64,000 bases of DNA from NCBI GenBank assembly GCA_963845245.1, contig CAWJRJ010000012.1, forward strand, positions 85,339 to 149,338. The letters run 5' to 3'. This document shows, one piece after another, positions 8,573-20,476 of this stretch (its first letter is position 1; each line of letters starts with the position of its first letter). The stretch is from Nitrospirota bacterium. GTDB taxonomy: Bacteria > Nitrospirota > JACRHJ01. The notes under the pieces were generated by a model. That model worked only from the letters and a program-made list of their open reading frames with translations. It made no database searches and was not told where the DNA came from. The position numbers and the translations under genes are program-made.

Positions 8573-11524
8573 ATGAAGGCGTTTAGCAGGATACTGACTG
8601 TTCTTTTTATAGTTTCGATGTTTATTTCCGCCGGGAGGGCCCAGGCGTCCACATGGAACCTGAATAAAGCAAAGTCGCAGTCGTCAGGCAAACAGACGTC
8701 GTCCATTGTAAAAGCAGATTTCAACGGCGACGGTATAATGGACATTGCCTCTTGTACCCGGCAGAACTCAGGCAAGGTATCCATTTTCCTCGGCAAGGGC
8801 GACGGCAAGTTTACGAAGAAGGTGGCCCTCGATGCAGGCAGCAAGCCTGTCTCGATTGTGGCCGCAGATTTTAATGGCGACGGTATAATGGACCTTGCCG
8901 TGGCAGACTTTGGCAGTGATGATGTGATGGTATACCTGGGCAAGGGCGACGGCACATTTCAGGACGGCGTTTCAAACCCGGTCGGAGCAAGCCCCGTCTT
9001 TATAGTCTCAGCCGACTTTAATGGAGACAGCAATGCCGACCTCGCCGTGGCAAACTGGGAGGACAACACCGTCACGGTGCTGTTCGGAAACGGAGACGGG
9101 ACATTCCCGACCAGTACGTCTTTGCCGACGGGTTCCCGTCCCCGCAGCATCGCGGTGGGAGACATCGATAAAACTGGCGGTGTTGACCTCGTTGTAGCCA
9201 ACTGGGCGGACGACACGGTCTCCTTTATTGCTGGAGACGGACTCGGAAATTTTGCCGGCAAGGTCGACTTTAACGCTGGCAAGAACCCCTCATCCGTCGC
9301 CCTTGGCGACCTGAACGGCGACGGCTGGCTGGATATCGTTACCACAAACTTCGACACGGACAACGTCGCTCTCCTTCTCTCTAATAGCCTTGCGACCTTC
9401 AGTGGCTTCAAGCCCGTTGAGTTTATTATCTCGGGAAGCGGACCGTCATTTGTGGCGATAAAGGACATCGACGGCGATGGGAACCAGGACATATTAACCT
9501 GCAATGGCGCAGCCAACAACCTGTCGCTTTTTTTCGGTTTTGGGGACGGTACATTTCAGCCGAGGAAGGATTTCACCGCCGGCAGCGGTCCGATATCGTT
9601 TGTGATATCGGACTTCAATAACAACGGGGGTTGGGACCTTGCTGTAGCTAACTACAACTCCGGCAGCATATCGGTGTTCACGGACAAGAACACCAAGCTC
9701 GGCGACTGGAATTTCATACCCGGCGCTATCACGTCAACGTCGTTATCTCCATCATCCGTATTCGCCGCAGACCTGAACAGGGACGAGTTTACTGACGTGG
9801 TGATGACAGATGGCAGCAAGGTCTCTATCTTGTTGAACGACGGAAAAGGTGTACTGGTTGCAGCAGCAGCCCCCCTCACCGCCGGTATTACGCCCGTGGA
9901 TGCAGTCGCCGCCGACTTCACCGGCGACGGGATAAAGGACATTGCCGTCGCAAACAACGACAGCCTCGACGTCACTATTTTAAAGGGGGCGCCCGATGGC
10001 ACATATTCTGCGATAGTCCCATCGGTTTTAATCGGGCACTCGCCGGTTTCCATAGTAAACGGGGACTTTAACAAGGACGGGAAGATGGACTTCGCGGTCT
10101 GCAACTCAGGCACGCCTGGTTCAGTATACGTTTTTAGCGGCAACGGGGACGGCACCTTCCCGACGGTTAACACCTATGCTGTAGGTAACAACCCTCTGAA
10201 AATCGTCACAGGCGATTTCAACGGGGACGGTATACCGGACCTAGCGGTCGCGAACCAGGGTTCGGGCACCATCTCTATTCTGATGGGGGTAGCGAGTGGG
10301 GGATTTTCGGAAACCACAGTAACACTCCCGACGGGCAGCGCACCGAATTCCCTTGCTGCCGCGGACTTCAACGCCGATAATAAGACCGACCTTGCAGTCT
10401 TGAGCGCGGCAAATAAAACGGTGCTTATACTGCTCAGCAACGGCAACGGTACTTTCAGGGTACTAACAGGCACCCTTTCTACCGGCGACAGTCCTTCTTC
10501 AATAGCGGCTGCCGACCTGAACCTCGACAAGATGCCGGATATAGTTGTTACCGCGGCTGACGGCGTCTCGGTTTATTTCGGGAAAGGCTCCGGTGTTTTC
10601 AACACCGCATCTTTAATTGCCTCAACAACAGGCTCCGGTCCCGCCGTCATCTCCGAATTCAACAAGGACGGCAAGGCGGACCTTGCAGTTGCCAGTTCGG
10701 CACCGGGTGTCTACATTATCAAAGGCATCGACCGGTTCAACATAACCACCGGAACGACTGGCAGCGGTACGGTATCACCCGGAACGGGCCCCTATGAGGC
10801 CGGCAAGATACAACTGCTTAAGGCCACAGCCACACCCGACGCAGGTTCGTACTTCAAAGACTGGAGCGGCAACCTGTCCGGCTCGGACAACCCGCACCAG
10901 CTCCTCATTAATTCATCGTCGAAGGACAAGACGTATACTGCCGTTTTCGAGACCGGCCCGAATATATCCAGCCTTTTGAATGCAACGACGTCCTCAACGA
11001 ACAGCGGCATCGTGGGAGAAGTGATAACAATCACCGATTCCCAGAACAACTTCGGTCCGGCTAAGGGCACCGTTACCGTGGGGTCAATTAGCGCCAAAAT
11101 CGACTCATGGGCCGTCGGGACAATTACCTTCGAAGTACCGTCAAATATAGCAAGTAACAAATACAAGCTCCACGTTACCACCTCGGACAACAAGAAGAGC
11201 AACGAGTGGGATTTCTACATCCCCAAGGCGTTTATAACCGGCATAACGAATGATGCACTGGCCACCATTACCTCTGCTACCAAGGGGCAGCCTGTCAAAA
11301 TCCACGGGGTAAACATTGGATTGAACAAGCTAACGGTCACGCTCTACCCGGTTGACGGGATAAGCGGGACGAACGCCACTGTTACGGCGTCAGACAATAC
11401 CAGCGTTACCGACAACACTGTCGATTTTACAGTGCCTAGCGTTACCACCGGCGATTACATAATCAAGGTTAGAAACTCGCACGGATACAGTAACGGGTTC
11501 CCGATTACAATCACATCCCCATAA
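8573..11524 (+). CDS. Secreted FG-GAP/VCBS repeat protein with a B-repeat-like domain and C-terminal IPT/TIG-like domains
   Basis: Signal peptide; about 14 D(F/L)NGDGxxD(L/I)AV repeats (likely two beta-propellers); ATPDAGSYFKDWSG; Ser/Thr-rich Ig-like tail. Confidence 0.88.
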   Translation: MKAFSRILTVLFIVSMFISAGRAQASTWNLNKAKSQSSGKQTSSIVKADFNGDGIMDIASCTRQNSGKVSIFLGKGDGKFTKKVALDAGSKPVSIVAADFNGDGIMDLAVADFGSDDVMVYLGKGDGTFQDGVSNPVGASPVFIVSADFNGDSNADLAVANWEDNTVTVLFGNGDGTFPTSTSLPTGSRPRSIAVGDIDKTGGVDLVVANWADDTVSFIAGDGLGNFAGKVDFNAGKNPSSVALGDLNGDGWLDIVTTNFDTDNVALLLSNSLATFSGFKPVEFIISGSGPSFVAIKDIDGDGNQDILTCNGAANNLSLFFGFGDGTFQPRKDFTAGSGPISFVISDFNNNGGWDLAVANYNSGSISVFTDKNTKLGDWNFIPGAITSTSLSPSSVFAADLNRDEFTDVVMTDGSKVSILLNDGKGVLVAAAAPLTAGITPVDAVAADFTGDGIKDIAVANNDSLDVTILKGAPDGTYSAIVPSVLIGHSPVSIVNGDFNKDGKMDFAVCNSGTPGSVYVFSGNGDGTFPTVNTYAVGNNPLKIVTGDFNGDGIPDLAVANQGSGTISILMGVASGGFSETTVTLPTGSAPNSLAAADFNADNKTDLAVLSAANKTVLILLSNGNGTFRVLTGTLSTGDSPSSIAAADLNLDKMPDIVVTAADGVSVYFGKGSGVFNTASLIASTTGSGPAVISEFNKDGKADLAVASSAPGVYIIKGIDRFNITTGTTGSGTVSPGTGPYEAGKIQLLKATATPDAGSYFKDWSGNLSGSDNPHQLLINSSSKDKTYTAVFETGPNISSLLNATTSSTNSGIVGEVITITDSQNNFGPAKGTVTVGSISAKIDSWAVGTITFEVPSNIASNKYKLHVTTSDNKKSNEWDFYIPKAFITGITNDALATITSATKGQPVKIHGVNIGLNKLTVTLYPVDGISGTNATVTASDNTSVTDNTVDFTVPSVTTGDYIIKVRNSHGYSNGFPITITSP

Positions 11525-11548
11525 AGGTTTTCTCGCATAGGTTGATGT

Positions 11549-11577
11549 AAGGGGCGGATTTTTCCGCCCCTTTTTTA
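11549..11577 (+). terminator. Intrinsic terminator
   Basis: AGGGGCGGA-ttt(t)-TCCGCCCCT followed by Ts. Confidence 0.8.
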
Positions 11578-11715
11578 TCACTAACGATTGCCTGCTTTTC
11601 CAGTTCTATGTATGATCCGTATGCTCTTTCCTGTTATCTCATAAAAATTTGCTTCTTGGACGACATATTGTTATAATTTAAAACGATATTCTCTTTTCAA
11701 ACCGGAGGTAACAAG

Positions 11716-12714
11716 ATGCCAGAGTTGAGGAAAGACCCCATTATAGGCAGATGGGTAATAATATCGTCTGAGCGAGGGAAGAGGCCGACCGACTTTCAGG
11801 AAGACAAGCCCCGCAAAAAGGGCGGTTTCTGCCCGTTTGACCCCGGCAACGAACACACGACCCCGCCGGAGATACTGGCATACCGCGAGAACGGGACCGC
11901 ACCCAATACCCAGGGCTGGAACCTCAGGGTGGTGGCTAACAAGTTCCCTGCGCTCCAGATAGAGGGAGACCTCAACAAGCAGGGGGAAGGGCTTTTCGAC
12001 AAGATGAACGGCATAGGCGCGCACGAGGTCATAATAGAGACCCCGCTGCACGACGCGACCCTCTCGACCATGCCCACAAAGGATGTCGAGAACGTGTTGT
12101 GGGCCTACCGCGACAGGATACTGGACCTGAAAAAAGACCTTCGTTTCCAGTACATACTTATCTTTAAAAACGAGGGCGAGGCGGCAGGCGCATCGCTTGA
12201 GCACTCCCATTCCCAGCTTATCGCGCTGCCGATCGTCCCAAAGAGGGTCAAGGAGGAGATGGACGGCTCGCGGCAGTATTACGAATACAAGGAGCGTTGC
12301 GTCTTCTGCGACATCATCAGGCAGGAGCTTAACTCAGGTGTCAGGGTGGTGAGCGAGAACAAGGACTTCGTGGCGCTGGAGCCTTTTACGCCGCGGTTCC
12401 CGTTCGAGACCTGGATCATGCCCAAACAGCACGGCTCAAAGTTTGAAGAGACCAAGACTCAGCAGTTCCAGACGCTTGCCGAGATACTGCAGTCGACTAT
12501 CAGGCGCCTTGACAAGATCCTGAACATGCCGCCGTACAACTACATCCTTCATACCGCGCCTTTCAGGGACCCTGAAAGCGACTATTACCACTGGCATATA
12601 GAGATAATGCCGAAACTCACGAAGGTAGCCGGGTTTGAGTGGGGCTCAGGTTTTTATATCAACCCCACGGCACCGGAAGAGGCAGCGAAGTTCCTGAGGG
12701 AAGCCAAGATCTAG
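11716..12714 (+). CDS. galT: Galactose-1-phosphate uridylyltransferase family (HIT) protein
   Basis: ERGKRP, CPFDPGNE, NKFPAL, GASLEHSHSQ (HxHxQ). Confidence 0.9.
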   Translation: MPELRKDPIIGRWVIISSERGKRPTDFQEDKPRKKGGFCPFDPGNEHTTPPEILAYRENGTAPNTQGWNLRVVANKFPALQIEGDLNKQGEGLFDKMNGIGAHEVIIETPLHDATLSTMPTKDVENVLWAYRDRILDLKKDLRFQYILIFKNEGEAAGASLEHSHSQLIALPIVPKRVKEEMDGSRQYYEYKERCVFCDIIRQELNSGVRVVSENKDFVALEPFTPRFPFETWIMPKQHGSKFEETKTQQFQTLAEILQSTIRRLDKILNMPPYNYILHTAPFRDPESDYYHWHIEIMPKLTKVAGFEWGSGFYINPTAPEEAAKFLREAKI

Positions 12715-12737
12715 CACCCATACTGGAGGCTTACAGA

Positions 12738-14211
12738 ATGAAGATAGCGATATGCTCACCGGAAGTCCTGCCGTTTTCAAAGACCGGCGGCCTGGCGGAC
12801 GTGGCAGGGGCTCTGCCTAAGGCCCTTTCGAAGCTAGGCATGGAAATCGCGGTGGTGACGCCGCTCTACAAGACGGTAGACCGTGCCAGGCATAAGATCG
12901 CGGATACAAAAAAGAAGGTCTCGGCACAGATGGACGGCAAGGCGGTGGAAGCCGGCATATTCGAGGGCAGCCTTCCCGGAGGGGCAAAGGTATATTTTAT
13001 TGACATGCCGAAATATTACGGTAGGGACCACCTGTACGGGACCTCGAAGGGGGACGACCCGGACAACGCCGAACGGTTCATCTACCTGGCGAAGGTGATA
13101 CCGGAGGTACTGAAGGCAGTCGGCTTCAAGCCGGACGTGGTCCACTTGAACGACTGGCAGACGGGGCTTGTGCCGCTCTTCCTGGGCGCCAAATACAAAG
13201 ACGACCCGTTCTTCAGCGGAACCGGCACACTGTATACCGTCCACAACCTGGGCTACCAGGGTGTCTTCTGGGCAATCGACATGCACTGGACCGACCTCGG
13301 CTGGGAGTACTTCACGCCCGAGGGCATCGAGTTCTACGGCAAGCTCAATATCATGAAGGCAGGGCTTGTATATTCAGATATCATTAATACCGTTTCGAAG
13401 ACGTACAGCAAAGAGATCCAGACCCCCGAGTACGGGCATGGCCTCGAAGGCGTCCTGGTTAAGAGGGCAGATGACCTCTACGGCATCGTGAACGGGATCG
13501 ACTATGACGAGTTCGATCCGGGAAAAGACACCAAGATATATCAATACCTACACGGCCGGAGACATCAAGGGCAAGGCCGCGAACAAGAAGGCTCTGAAGG
13601 CGGAACTGGGGCTCGCCCCCGGAAACAGCCCTCTGTTCGGGGTGATATCGCGCCTTGCGGACCAGAAGGGCTTTGATATCCTGTCTGAATCCCTGGACGG
13701 CCTTTTGAAGATGGGCGTACAGGTGGCGATACTCGGGACAGGCGAGGAGAAATATCACAAGCTCCTCTCGGGACTTGCCAAAAAGAAGCCGAAACAGGTC
13801 TCGGTCACGCTCGGGTTCGACCTCACCCTCGCCGAACGCATATACGCGGGTTCCGACGTGTTCATGATGCCGTCGCGCTACGAGCCCTGCGGCCTGGGCC
13901 AGCTTATATCCCTGCGTTACGGCACCATACCGCTGGTCAGGAAGACGGGCGGCCTGGCGGACACCGTAAAGAACTACAGCCCGAAGGCGGGCAAGGGCAA
14001 CGGGTTCGTGTTCACCGACTACTCCTCAAGCGCGTTTTTGAAGGCCGCCCGGGCAGCGGTGAAGGTGTATGGCGACAAGGCGGCCTGGAAGGGCCTGGTT
14101 ACCCGGGCGATGCAGGAGGACAACTCCTGGGAGAGCTCGGCCAGGGAATATGTTAAGCTTTATAAAAAGGCCGCGCAAAAAGGCGCTGCCAGGAGCAAAA
14201 AGCCTGTATGA
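12738..14211 (+). CDS. glgA: Glycogen synthase (GT5); frameshift at ~13545
   Basis: KTGGLADV, HLNDWQT, TVHNL, NGID, SRLADQKG, PSRYEPCGL; two ORFs join after removing one base. Confidence 0.93.
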
Positions 14212-16624
14212 TTACGTCTGAAAAGGTGGAGCTGGAGATACTCTCCGAGGTAAGCAAGATTGCCAACTCCACCCAGGACTTTAACGTAAAGCTCGAGAAG
14301 ATCGTCCGGGTGATAGCAGACAAGCTGTCCCGCGACGTATGTTATATCGTCCTTCGGGACAAGGACAGGGATACCCTTGTGCTGAAGGCGGCGGTCGGCC
14401 TGAACGCCGAATCGATAGACCGGGTGATGCTTCGGATGGGCGAGGGCGTGACCGGCTGGGCCGCTCAACACATGGAGCCGGTGGCGCTCGAGGTAGCTTC
14501 GGAGGACCCCAGGTACAAGCTGGTCCCCCAGACTGGCGAGGAAAAGTACAAGTCCATGCTGGCCGTGCCCATCCTTTATGACGAAAGGTGCATCGGCGTC
14601 ATGACCGTCCAGACGGTCGACCCGCACAGGTATTCGTCTGACGAGGTCACGCTTTTAAGCACTATAGCAAACGACGTCGGCGGCATAATAAATTCCGCCC
14701 AGCTCTATCAGGAAGCAAGACAGAACGTGGAGGCCCTCTCTGCGCTCTACGAGATGAGCCGCTCGCTCATCTCCACGCTCGACCTCCAGGCCCTGCTCGA
14801 CAGGATAGCCCGCTACAGCGCGGAGGTCATCGGGGCGAAGGGCTGTATCCTGAGGATACTTAACGCCGACAACGGGCTTCTTGAGATAAAGGCCTCTTAC
14901 GGGCTGGACATGGAGTTTGGCCGCAGGGCCGACCTGAAGCTGGGTGAAAGCATTGCCGGGAAGGTGGCCAAGGAGGGCAAGCCCGTCCTGATAAGCGACG
15001 CCTTTGAGGACCCGGACTTCCTGAACGTCACGGGCGCGGTCGTGACCTCGCTCATATGCGTCCCGCTCGTGGCCAAGGACAGGGTCATAGGCACCATAGC
15101 CCTCTACGACAAGGAGACCCCCGGCAGGATAGGCGAGCAGCCGTTCACGGAAGACGACCTCCACCTGCTTATCCACGATAGCCACGCAGGCCTCCATGGC
15201 GGTCGACAACGCGGTCATCTACGAGAGGGCGGAGGAACTGGCGCTCCAGAACGAGAAGAAGGCGAGGGAACTCGCCTTCCTCTATGACATAGCGAATGCG
15301 ATGCGTTCCACCCTGAAGCTGGAGAAGCTTCTGCACATCATCCTGACTGCCATCACGATGGGCGGCGGGATGGGCTTCAACAGGGCGATGCTGTTCCTCG
15401 TGAACGAAAAGACCAAGACCCTTGCAGGGCATGCTTGGGGTGGGCCCGTCTTCGTCCTGGGAGGCTGGCGAGATATGGTCGCGCTTAGGGAGCAGCCCGA
15501 TAAACTTCAGCGAGTGGACGATCACGGACGAGGACATGGCCGCCCAGAAGGAGTCGGTGTTCAACCGCCAGGTGAAGGGCATGAGGATATCCTGCGAGGA
15601 CGAACGGGGTCTGTTCGCGACCGCCATACGCGAGAAGAGGGCCGTGAATGTCGAAGGCGCATGGGACAGCCCCATAGCCGGGCCTGAGATAATGGGCCTG
15701 GTGGGCGAGGAGGAGTTTGCGGCCGTGCCGCTCATTGCCAAGGACAAGGTCATCTCGTTCGTCGTCGTGGACAACAAGTTCACCGGCAGGCCGATAAGAC
15801 AGGAAGACCTCCGGTTCCTGATGATGTTCGCGAACCAGGCCGGCCTGGCCATGGAGTCCGCGATGGCATATTCGAACCTGGAGCGAGCGAACCGCGAACT
15901 GAAGGAAACGCAGGACCGGCTTATACAGTCTGAGAAGCTTGCGGCGCTGGGCGAGATGTCGGCCTCGATAGCGCATGAGATTAAGAACCCGCTCACGGTG
16001 ATCGGCGGTTTTGCGTCGAGGCTTGTGAGGAAACAGGGCGAGGGAGACGAGTCGCGGTATGCGCGTATCATCAGGGACGAGGCCAGACGCCTCGAGAAGA
16101 TATTGGGAGAAGTCCTGGATTTCTCCCGGGAGATGAGCCCGAACTTCCAGCTGTATGACCTGAACGTCATCTGCGAGGAGACGCTTCAGATGTACGAGGA
16201 CGACCTCAAGGAAAAAGGCATCTCTTTCAGGCTGGAGCTTGCGCCGGAGACCTGCAATGTGATGATGGACCCGCAGCAGATAAAGCAGGCCATCATCAAC
16301 ATCATCTCGAATTCCGAGCAGGCGATGGAGAACTCCGGAGGCAAGGAACTCATAATTAGGACCAGCCTTGACAGGGCCGCCGGGCAGGCGGTCGTGGCCA
16401 TCTCTGATACCGGCGGCGGTATACCGGCCGACCAGCTCGACAACGTATTCAACCCCTTCTTCACGACCAAGGTGAAGGGGACTGGGCTTGGGCTCGCCAT
16501 CACCAACAAGATAATAAAGAACCACGGCGGCGAGATCCAGGTGATAAACAAGGAGAAAATAGGCGCTACGTTTATTCTCAGGCTGCCGTACCACGACGAG
16601 GCGGCCCAGCATATTTCCCAATAG
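14208..16624 (+). CDS. Cytoplasmic multi-GAF sensor histidine kinase; frameshifts at ~15171 and ~15425
   Basis: Three GAF-like repeats, H-box AHEIKNPL, N box, DTGGGI, FFTTK and GTGLGL; no TM segments. Confidence 0.9.
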
Positions 16625-16636
16625 GGGGGTGGAGTC

Positions 16637-16993
16637 ATGAGCAAGAAAGTTCTGGTGGTAGACGACGAGGAACATGTGCGCCAGCTCTTCAAGGAAGAGC
16701 TGGCGGAGGAAGGCTACGACGTGTACCTGGCCGCCGACGGTCCGGAGGCTATCAGGATGGTCGACGAGGTCCACCCCGACATCGTGACCCTCGACGTGAG
16801 CATGCCCGGCATGGACGGCATAGAGGTGCTGAGGGTTCTCAAGGAAAAGAACAGGGAACTGCCCATGATAATGTGCACTGCCTACCCCGAGTACAAGCAC
16901 AACTTCGGGGTATGGGCGTCGGATGCCTATGTGGTCAAATCGGGCGACCTCAAGGAGCTGAAAGAAACGATCAAACGCGTTTTGAACGTCTGA
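16637..16993 (+). CDS. Single-domain response regulator (receiver)
   Basis: VVDDE, TLDVSMPGMDG, TAY, DAYVVK. Confidence 0.92.
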   Translation: MSKKVLVVDDEEHVRQLFKEELAEEGYDVYLAADGPEAIRMVDEVHPDIVTLDVSMPGMDGIEVLRVLKEKNRELPMIMCTAYPEYKHNFGVWASDAYVVKSGDLKELKETIKRVLNV

Positions 16994-16997
16994 GGCG

Positions 16998-17588
16998 GTG
17001 AAAATGATTGAAAGATTTAAAAATATCGCCGAGGCATTCAGGGTAGGGGACATGAAGGACCTGCCCGGCGTCTGCGACAAGATTATCCGCAACTGGAAGG
17101 ATATCCCCCTGGAGCCGTTGATCGAGCTTAAGCAGCAGCTGGCGAGGCTTGGACTGGAGCACAGGGAGGCCCACCTGGACGAAGCCCTGATAAGCATTGC
17201 CGAGAAGAGGCCGGGCCCTTTTTCGGAAATTGCCTCCGATACCGACCACCCGCTGTGGAAGCCGGTAGTGGAGATTATGTCGATGTGCGAAAACCGGGAC
17301 TTTCAGGAGCAGCTCCTATCGCTTTTGCCCGGCTGCCCGAAGCGCTGCCTTGAGGACCTGATACGCGCAATAAGCCGTTGCGGAAATAGCGCCGAGTCAG
17401 TCTGGCCATACCTTATGGACGAAGACGAAGGGGTCTTTCTGGAAGCGGTCATGGCGGTGAGGGGGGCGGGAGGCCCGGAGTCGGTCAGGCGTCTGAAAGA
17501 GGCGATGGAACGGAAAAAGAGGGAAGGTTCTCCGTCCGCGAGGGTGCTTGAAGCAGTTTTGCAGGAGCTTGAAAGGAAACCGGATTAA
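16998..17588 (+). CDS. Hypothetical alpha-helical (HEAT-repeat-like) protein
   Basis: Follows the receiver in the same operon; YLMDEDEGVFLEAVMAV resembles a HEAT repeat. Confidence 0.55.
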   Translation: MKMIERFKNIAEAFRVGDMKDLPGVCDKIIRNWKDIPLEPLIELKQQLARLGLEHREAHLDEALISIAEKRPGPFSEIASDTDHPLWKPVVEIMSMCENRDFQEQLLSLLPGCPKRCLEDLIRAISRCGNSAESVWPYLMDEDEGVFLEAVMAVRGAGGPESVRRLKEAMERKKREGSPSARVLEAVLQELERKPD

Positions 17589-18891
17589 TCCGGCTTGACG
17601 CCGGTGGTCGTCTTCTTGTCTTTTTTGGAACGGTACATCGAAGAGTCGGCCCTCTTTATGGTGTCGAAAAGGTCTGTCCCGTAAACCGAGGTGCTGAGGC
17701 CGTACGATACTCCCAATGTCAAACCTGCATGCTCTTCGGCAAGGTCTTTCTTGTTGTTCCATTCGTCGCACTGGCGCCTGAACCGGCCGATGAGCGCCTC
17801 ACCCTCCTCAGGCCCGCTGTGCGGCAGTATCAGCACGAACTCGTCGCCGCCCACCCGGGCTACTATATCCTCATGCCTTGTGTTGTCCTGGAATATGCGC
17901 GAGATTTTTTTCAGCAGGATGTCGCCCGCCTCGTGCCCGTAAGCGTCGTTGGCCGCCTTCAGGTTGTCAAGGTCCGCGTATATGACGGTGTACGGGCCTC
18001 TTTTGCGCTTGTTGGACTTGTTCTTGGTCTCCTCGTTTTCAAGGTAGAGGTCCAGGTAATGCTTGTTGTAGGCGCCGGTGAGGGCATCGTGGTTTGCCCT
18101 GCGCTTTAAGTCATCCTCTTCCTTCTTCTTTGCCGTCGTATCAGAGACTATCATCAGGACGTTGGTTACCTCACCGTCCGGCCCTTTTATCGGTATGCTC
18201 TTGTTTTCGGTTATTATGTCCCTTCCGTTCATGGTTAGGCACCTGGAATGGGTGGCCTCCCTTCCGGTCAGTATGGCCTTCCTGGAGGCGCATTCCTCAA
18301 TGCACACTCCGTCCGGGTTGCCAGACACCTCGTAGCATTTGTGGCCGAGTATGTCGATGAGCGGTTTCCCGATGAAATACCTGGAGCCGTATTCGTTTAT
18401 TTCCACGTAGTTCATGTTGGTGTCAAGCAGCGCCAGAAGGGAGGGCACGTTCCCGGCGATCTTCCGCTGGATGCCGATCTGCTTCAATAGCTTTGCGTTT
18501 GCCTCCTTAAGCCTGACGGAACTCTCGACAAGCTCCTCATGCCCTTCGGCCACCTTTTTCTCCAGGTTCTCGGTGAGGTATTTCAGTTCGGCCTGACTTT
18601 TCTGGAGTTCGGCGTTCTTGGTCTCTATCTCAGCCCTGAACGACATGTCCTTCTCCCTGATCTTGCCCATCAGGAAGCCGGCCGCTCCCATAACTACCAC
18701 ACGTGCCGGCAATGTAGGCATGGGTCAGCACGGATTCAGGGGAGTCGATGACGTTTTGTACTACAAAATCCGTAAAAGAAAGGTCGCCGTGGAACAGGCG
18801 GTAGTGAAGTGTCAGATAGATTATCGGGGCCGAGGACGCCTATAAGGGCGCCTACCAGCCCGTACTGGACAGTTTTTTTGTTGAACAACAT
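17585..18891 (-). CDS. Membrane-bound PAS-GGDEF diguanylate cyclase; two N-terminal frameshifts
   Basis: DALTG, NDAYGH, RHED I-site, GGDEF; PAS with KCYEV..C..EC. The N-terminus MLFNKKTVQYGLVGALIGVL starts at ATG 18891. Confidence 0.88.
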
Positions 18892-18991
18892 GGTCTTGGT
18901 TTTCTCTTTGGGTAATACGCGGATCCCGTCTAGTGATGATTCTATTAGAGCGGGGCGGGGGTTGTCAAGGCAATAAGGATTAAAATGGGTA

Positions 18992-19020
18992 TTGACAAAG
19001 GATAAACCATGTTGTATGCT
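18992..19020 (+). promoter_or_regulatory. Sigma70-type promoter of rho, followed by a ~200-nt leader
   Basis: TTGACA-N17-TATGCT. Confidence 0.65.
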
Positions 19021-19230
19021 TTAAAACTAACAGAGGCAGCTTGCCTTTGCAGCATCTCGGCTTTCGCCCCATGCAAATCCAGTAATGCGAAAAAATTTGA
19101 CCTCGACTAAATAATCCGAACATATAGCCAGGCGTTCAACATAACAATCATATCCCAGGGACATTCCCCTTATAAGGCCACCCCGTCCTCTTTAAAACAA
19201 GGTACATTCATGAAAGAGCAAGGAGCATCC

Positions 19231-20475
19231 ATGAACATAGTGGAACTAAAGGAAAAGAGCATAGGCGAGCTTACGAACATAGCCAACGACCTGAAGCTTG
19301 AAGGCGCAAGCGGCCTCAGGAAGCAGGAGCTCATCTTTGCGATCCTCCAGGCGCAGACCGCCAAGAACGGCCAGATCTACGGCGCCGGAGTCCTGGAGAC
19401 CCTGCCGGACGGTTTCGGCTTCCTGCGCGCCCCGGACTACAACTACCTGCCGGGCCCGGACGACATATACGTCTCCCCCTCCCAGATAAGGCGCTTCGGC
19501 CTGCGCACCGGCGATACCGTCGCCGGCCAGATACGGCCGCCCAAGGAGGGCGAGCGCTACTTCGCCCTGCTCAAGGTCGATTCGGTAAACTTCGAGGCGC
19601 CCGAGGAGATAAGGGGCAAGATACTCTTCGACAACCTTACCCCGCTCTACCCGGACGAGAGGATAAACCTCGAGTTCCCGGGCGACATGAACACCAGGGT
19701 AATGGACCTGGTCACCCCGGTCGGCAAGGGCCAGCGCGGCATGATCGTCGCCCCGCCCCGCACCGGCAAGACCATGCTCCTCCAGTCTATCGCCAAGGCG
19801 ATCACCAAAAACCACCCCGAGATAATGCTTATAGTCCTCCTGATCGACGAGCGGCCCGAAGAGGTTACCGACATGCAGAGGCAGGTCAAGGCCGAGGTGG
19901 TGTCATCCACCTTCGACGAGCCGCCGCAAAGGCATGTACAGGTGGCCGAGATGGTAATCGAGAAGGCCAAGAGGCTGGTCGAGCACAAGAAGGACGTCGT
20001 GATACTGCTCGACTCCATCACGAGGCTCGCCCGCGCCTACAATACCATCGTCCCGCCATCCGGCAAGGTGCTCTCCGGCGGCATCGACGCAAACGCGCTC
20101 CAGAGGCCGAAGCGCTTCTTCGGCGCGGCCAGGAACATCGAGGAGGGCGGCAGCCTGACAATCATAGCCACCGCGCTTGTCGATACCGGCTCCAGGATGG
20201 ACGACGTCATATTCGAGGAGTTCAAGGGCACCGGCAACATGGAACTGCACCTCGACCGCAAGCTGGTCGAGCGCAGGGTCTTCCCGTCCATAGACATAAA
20301 CGCCTCCGGCACGAGGAAGGAAGAGCTCCTCGTGGACGCGAACACGCTGAACAAGATGTGGGTCTTGAGGAAGGTCTTAAACCCGCTCTCCACGGTCGAG
20401 TCCATGGAGTTCCTGATAGACAAGCTGAAGGTAGCAAAGACCAACAAGGACTTCATAGAGTCCATGAACAAATAA
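19231..20475 (+). CDS. rho: Transcription termination factor Rho
   Basis: [52 protein letters not shown] before 19231. Confidence 0.98.
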   Translation: MNIVELKEKSIGELTNIANDLKLEGASGLRKQELIFAILQAQTAKNGQIYGAGVLETLPDGFGFLRAPDYNYLPGPDDIYVSPSQIRRFGLRTGDTVAGQIRPPKEGERYFALLKVDSVNFEAPEEIRGKILFDNLTPLYPDERINLEFPGDMNTRVMDLVTPVGKGQRGMIVAPPRTGKTMLLQSIAKAITKNHPEIMLIVLLIDERPEEVTDMQRQVKAEVVSSTFDEPPQRHVQVAEMVIEKAKRLVEHKKDVVILLDSITRLARAYNTIVPPSGKVLSGGIDANALQRPKRFFGAARNIEEGGSLTIIATALVDTGSRMDDVIFEEFKGTGNMELHLDRKLVERRVFPSIDINASGTRKEELLVDANTLNKMWVLRKVLNPLSTVESMEFLIDKLKVAKTNKDFIESMNK

Positions 20476-20476
20476 C

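Noticed and set aside
8700..10700. Periodic gacttcaacggcgacgg repeats as a nucleic-acid array
   Set aside because: They are FG-GAP protein repeats within one ORF.
15485..17197. 570-aa antisense ORF, and similar ones (603..1787, 31345..32343, 57638..58900)
   Set aside because: These are shadow ORFs opposite well-supported genes in GC-rich DNA, with no motifs.
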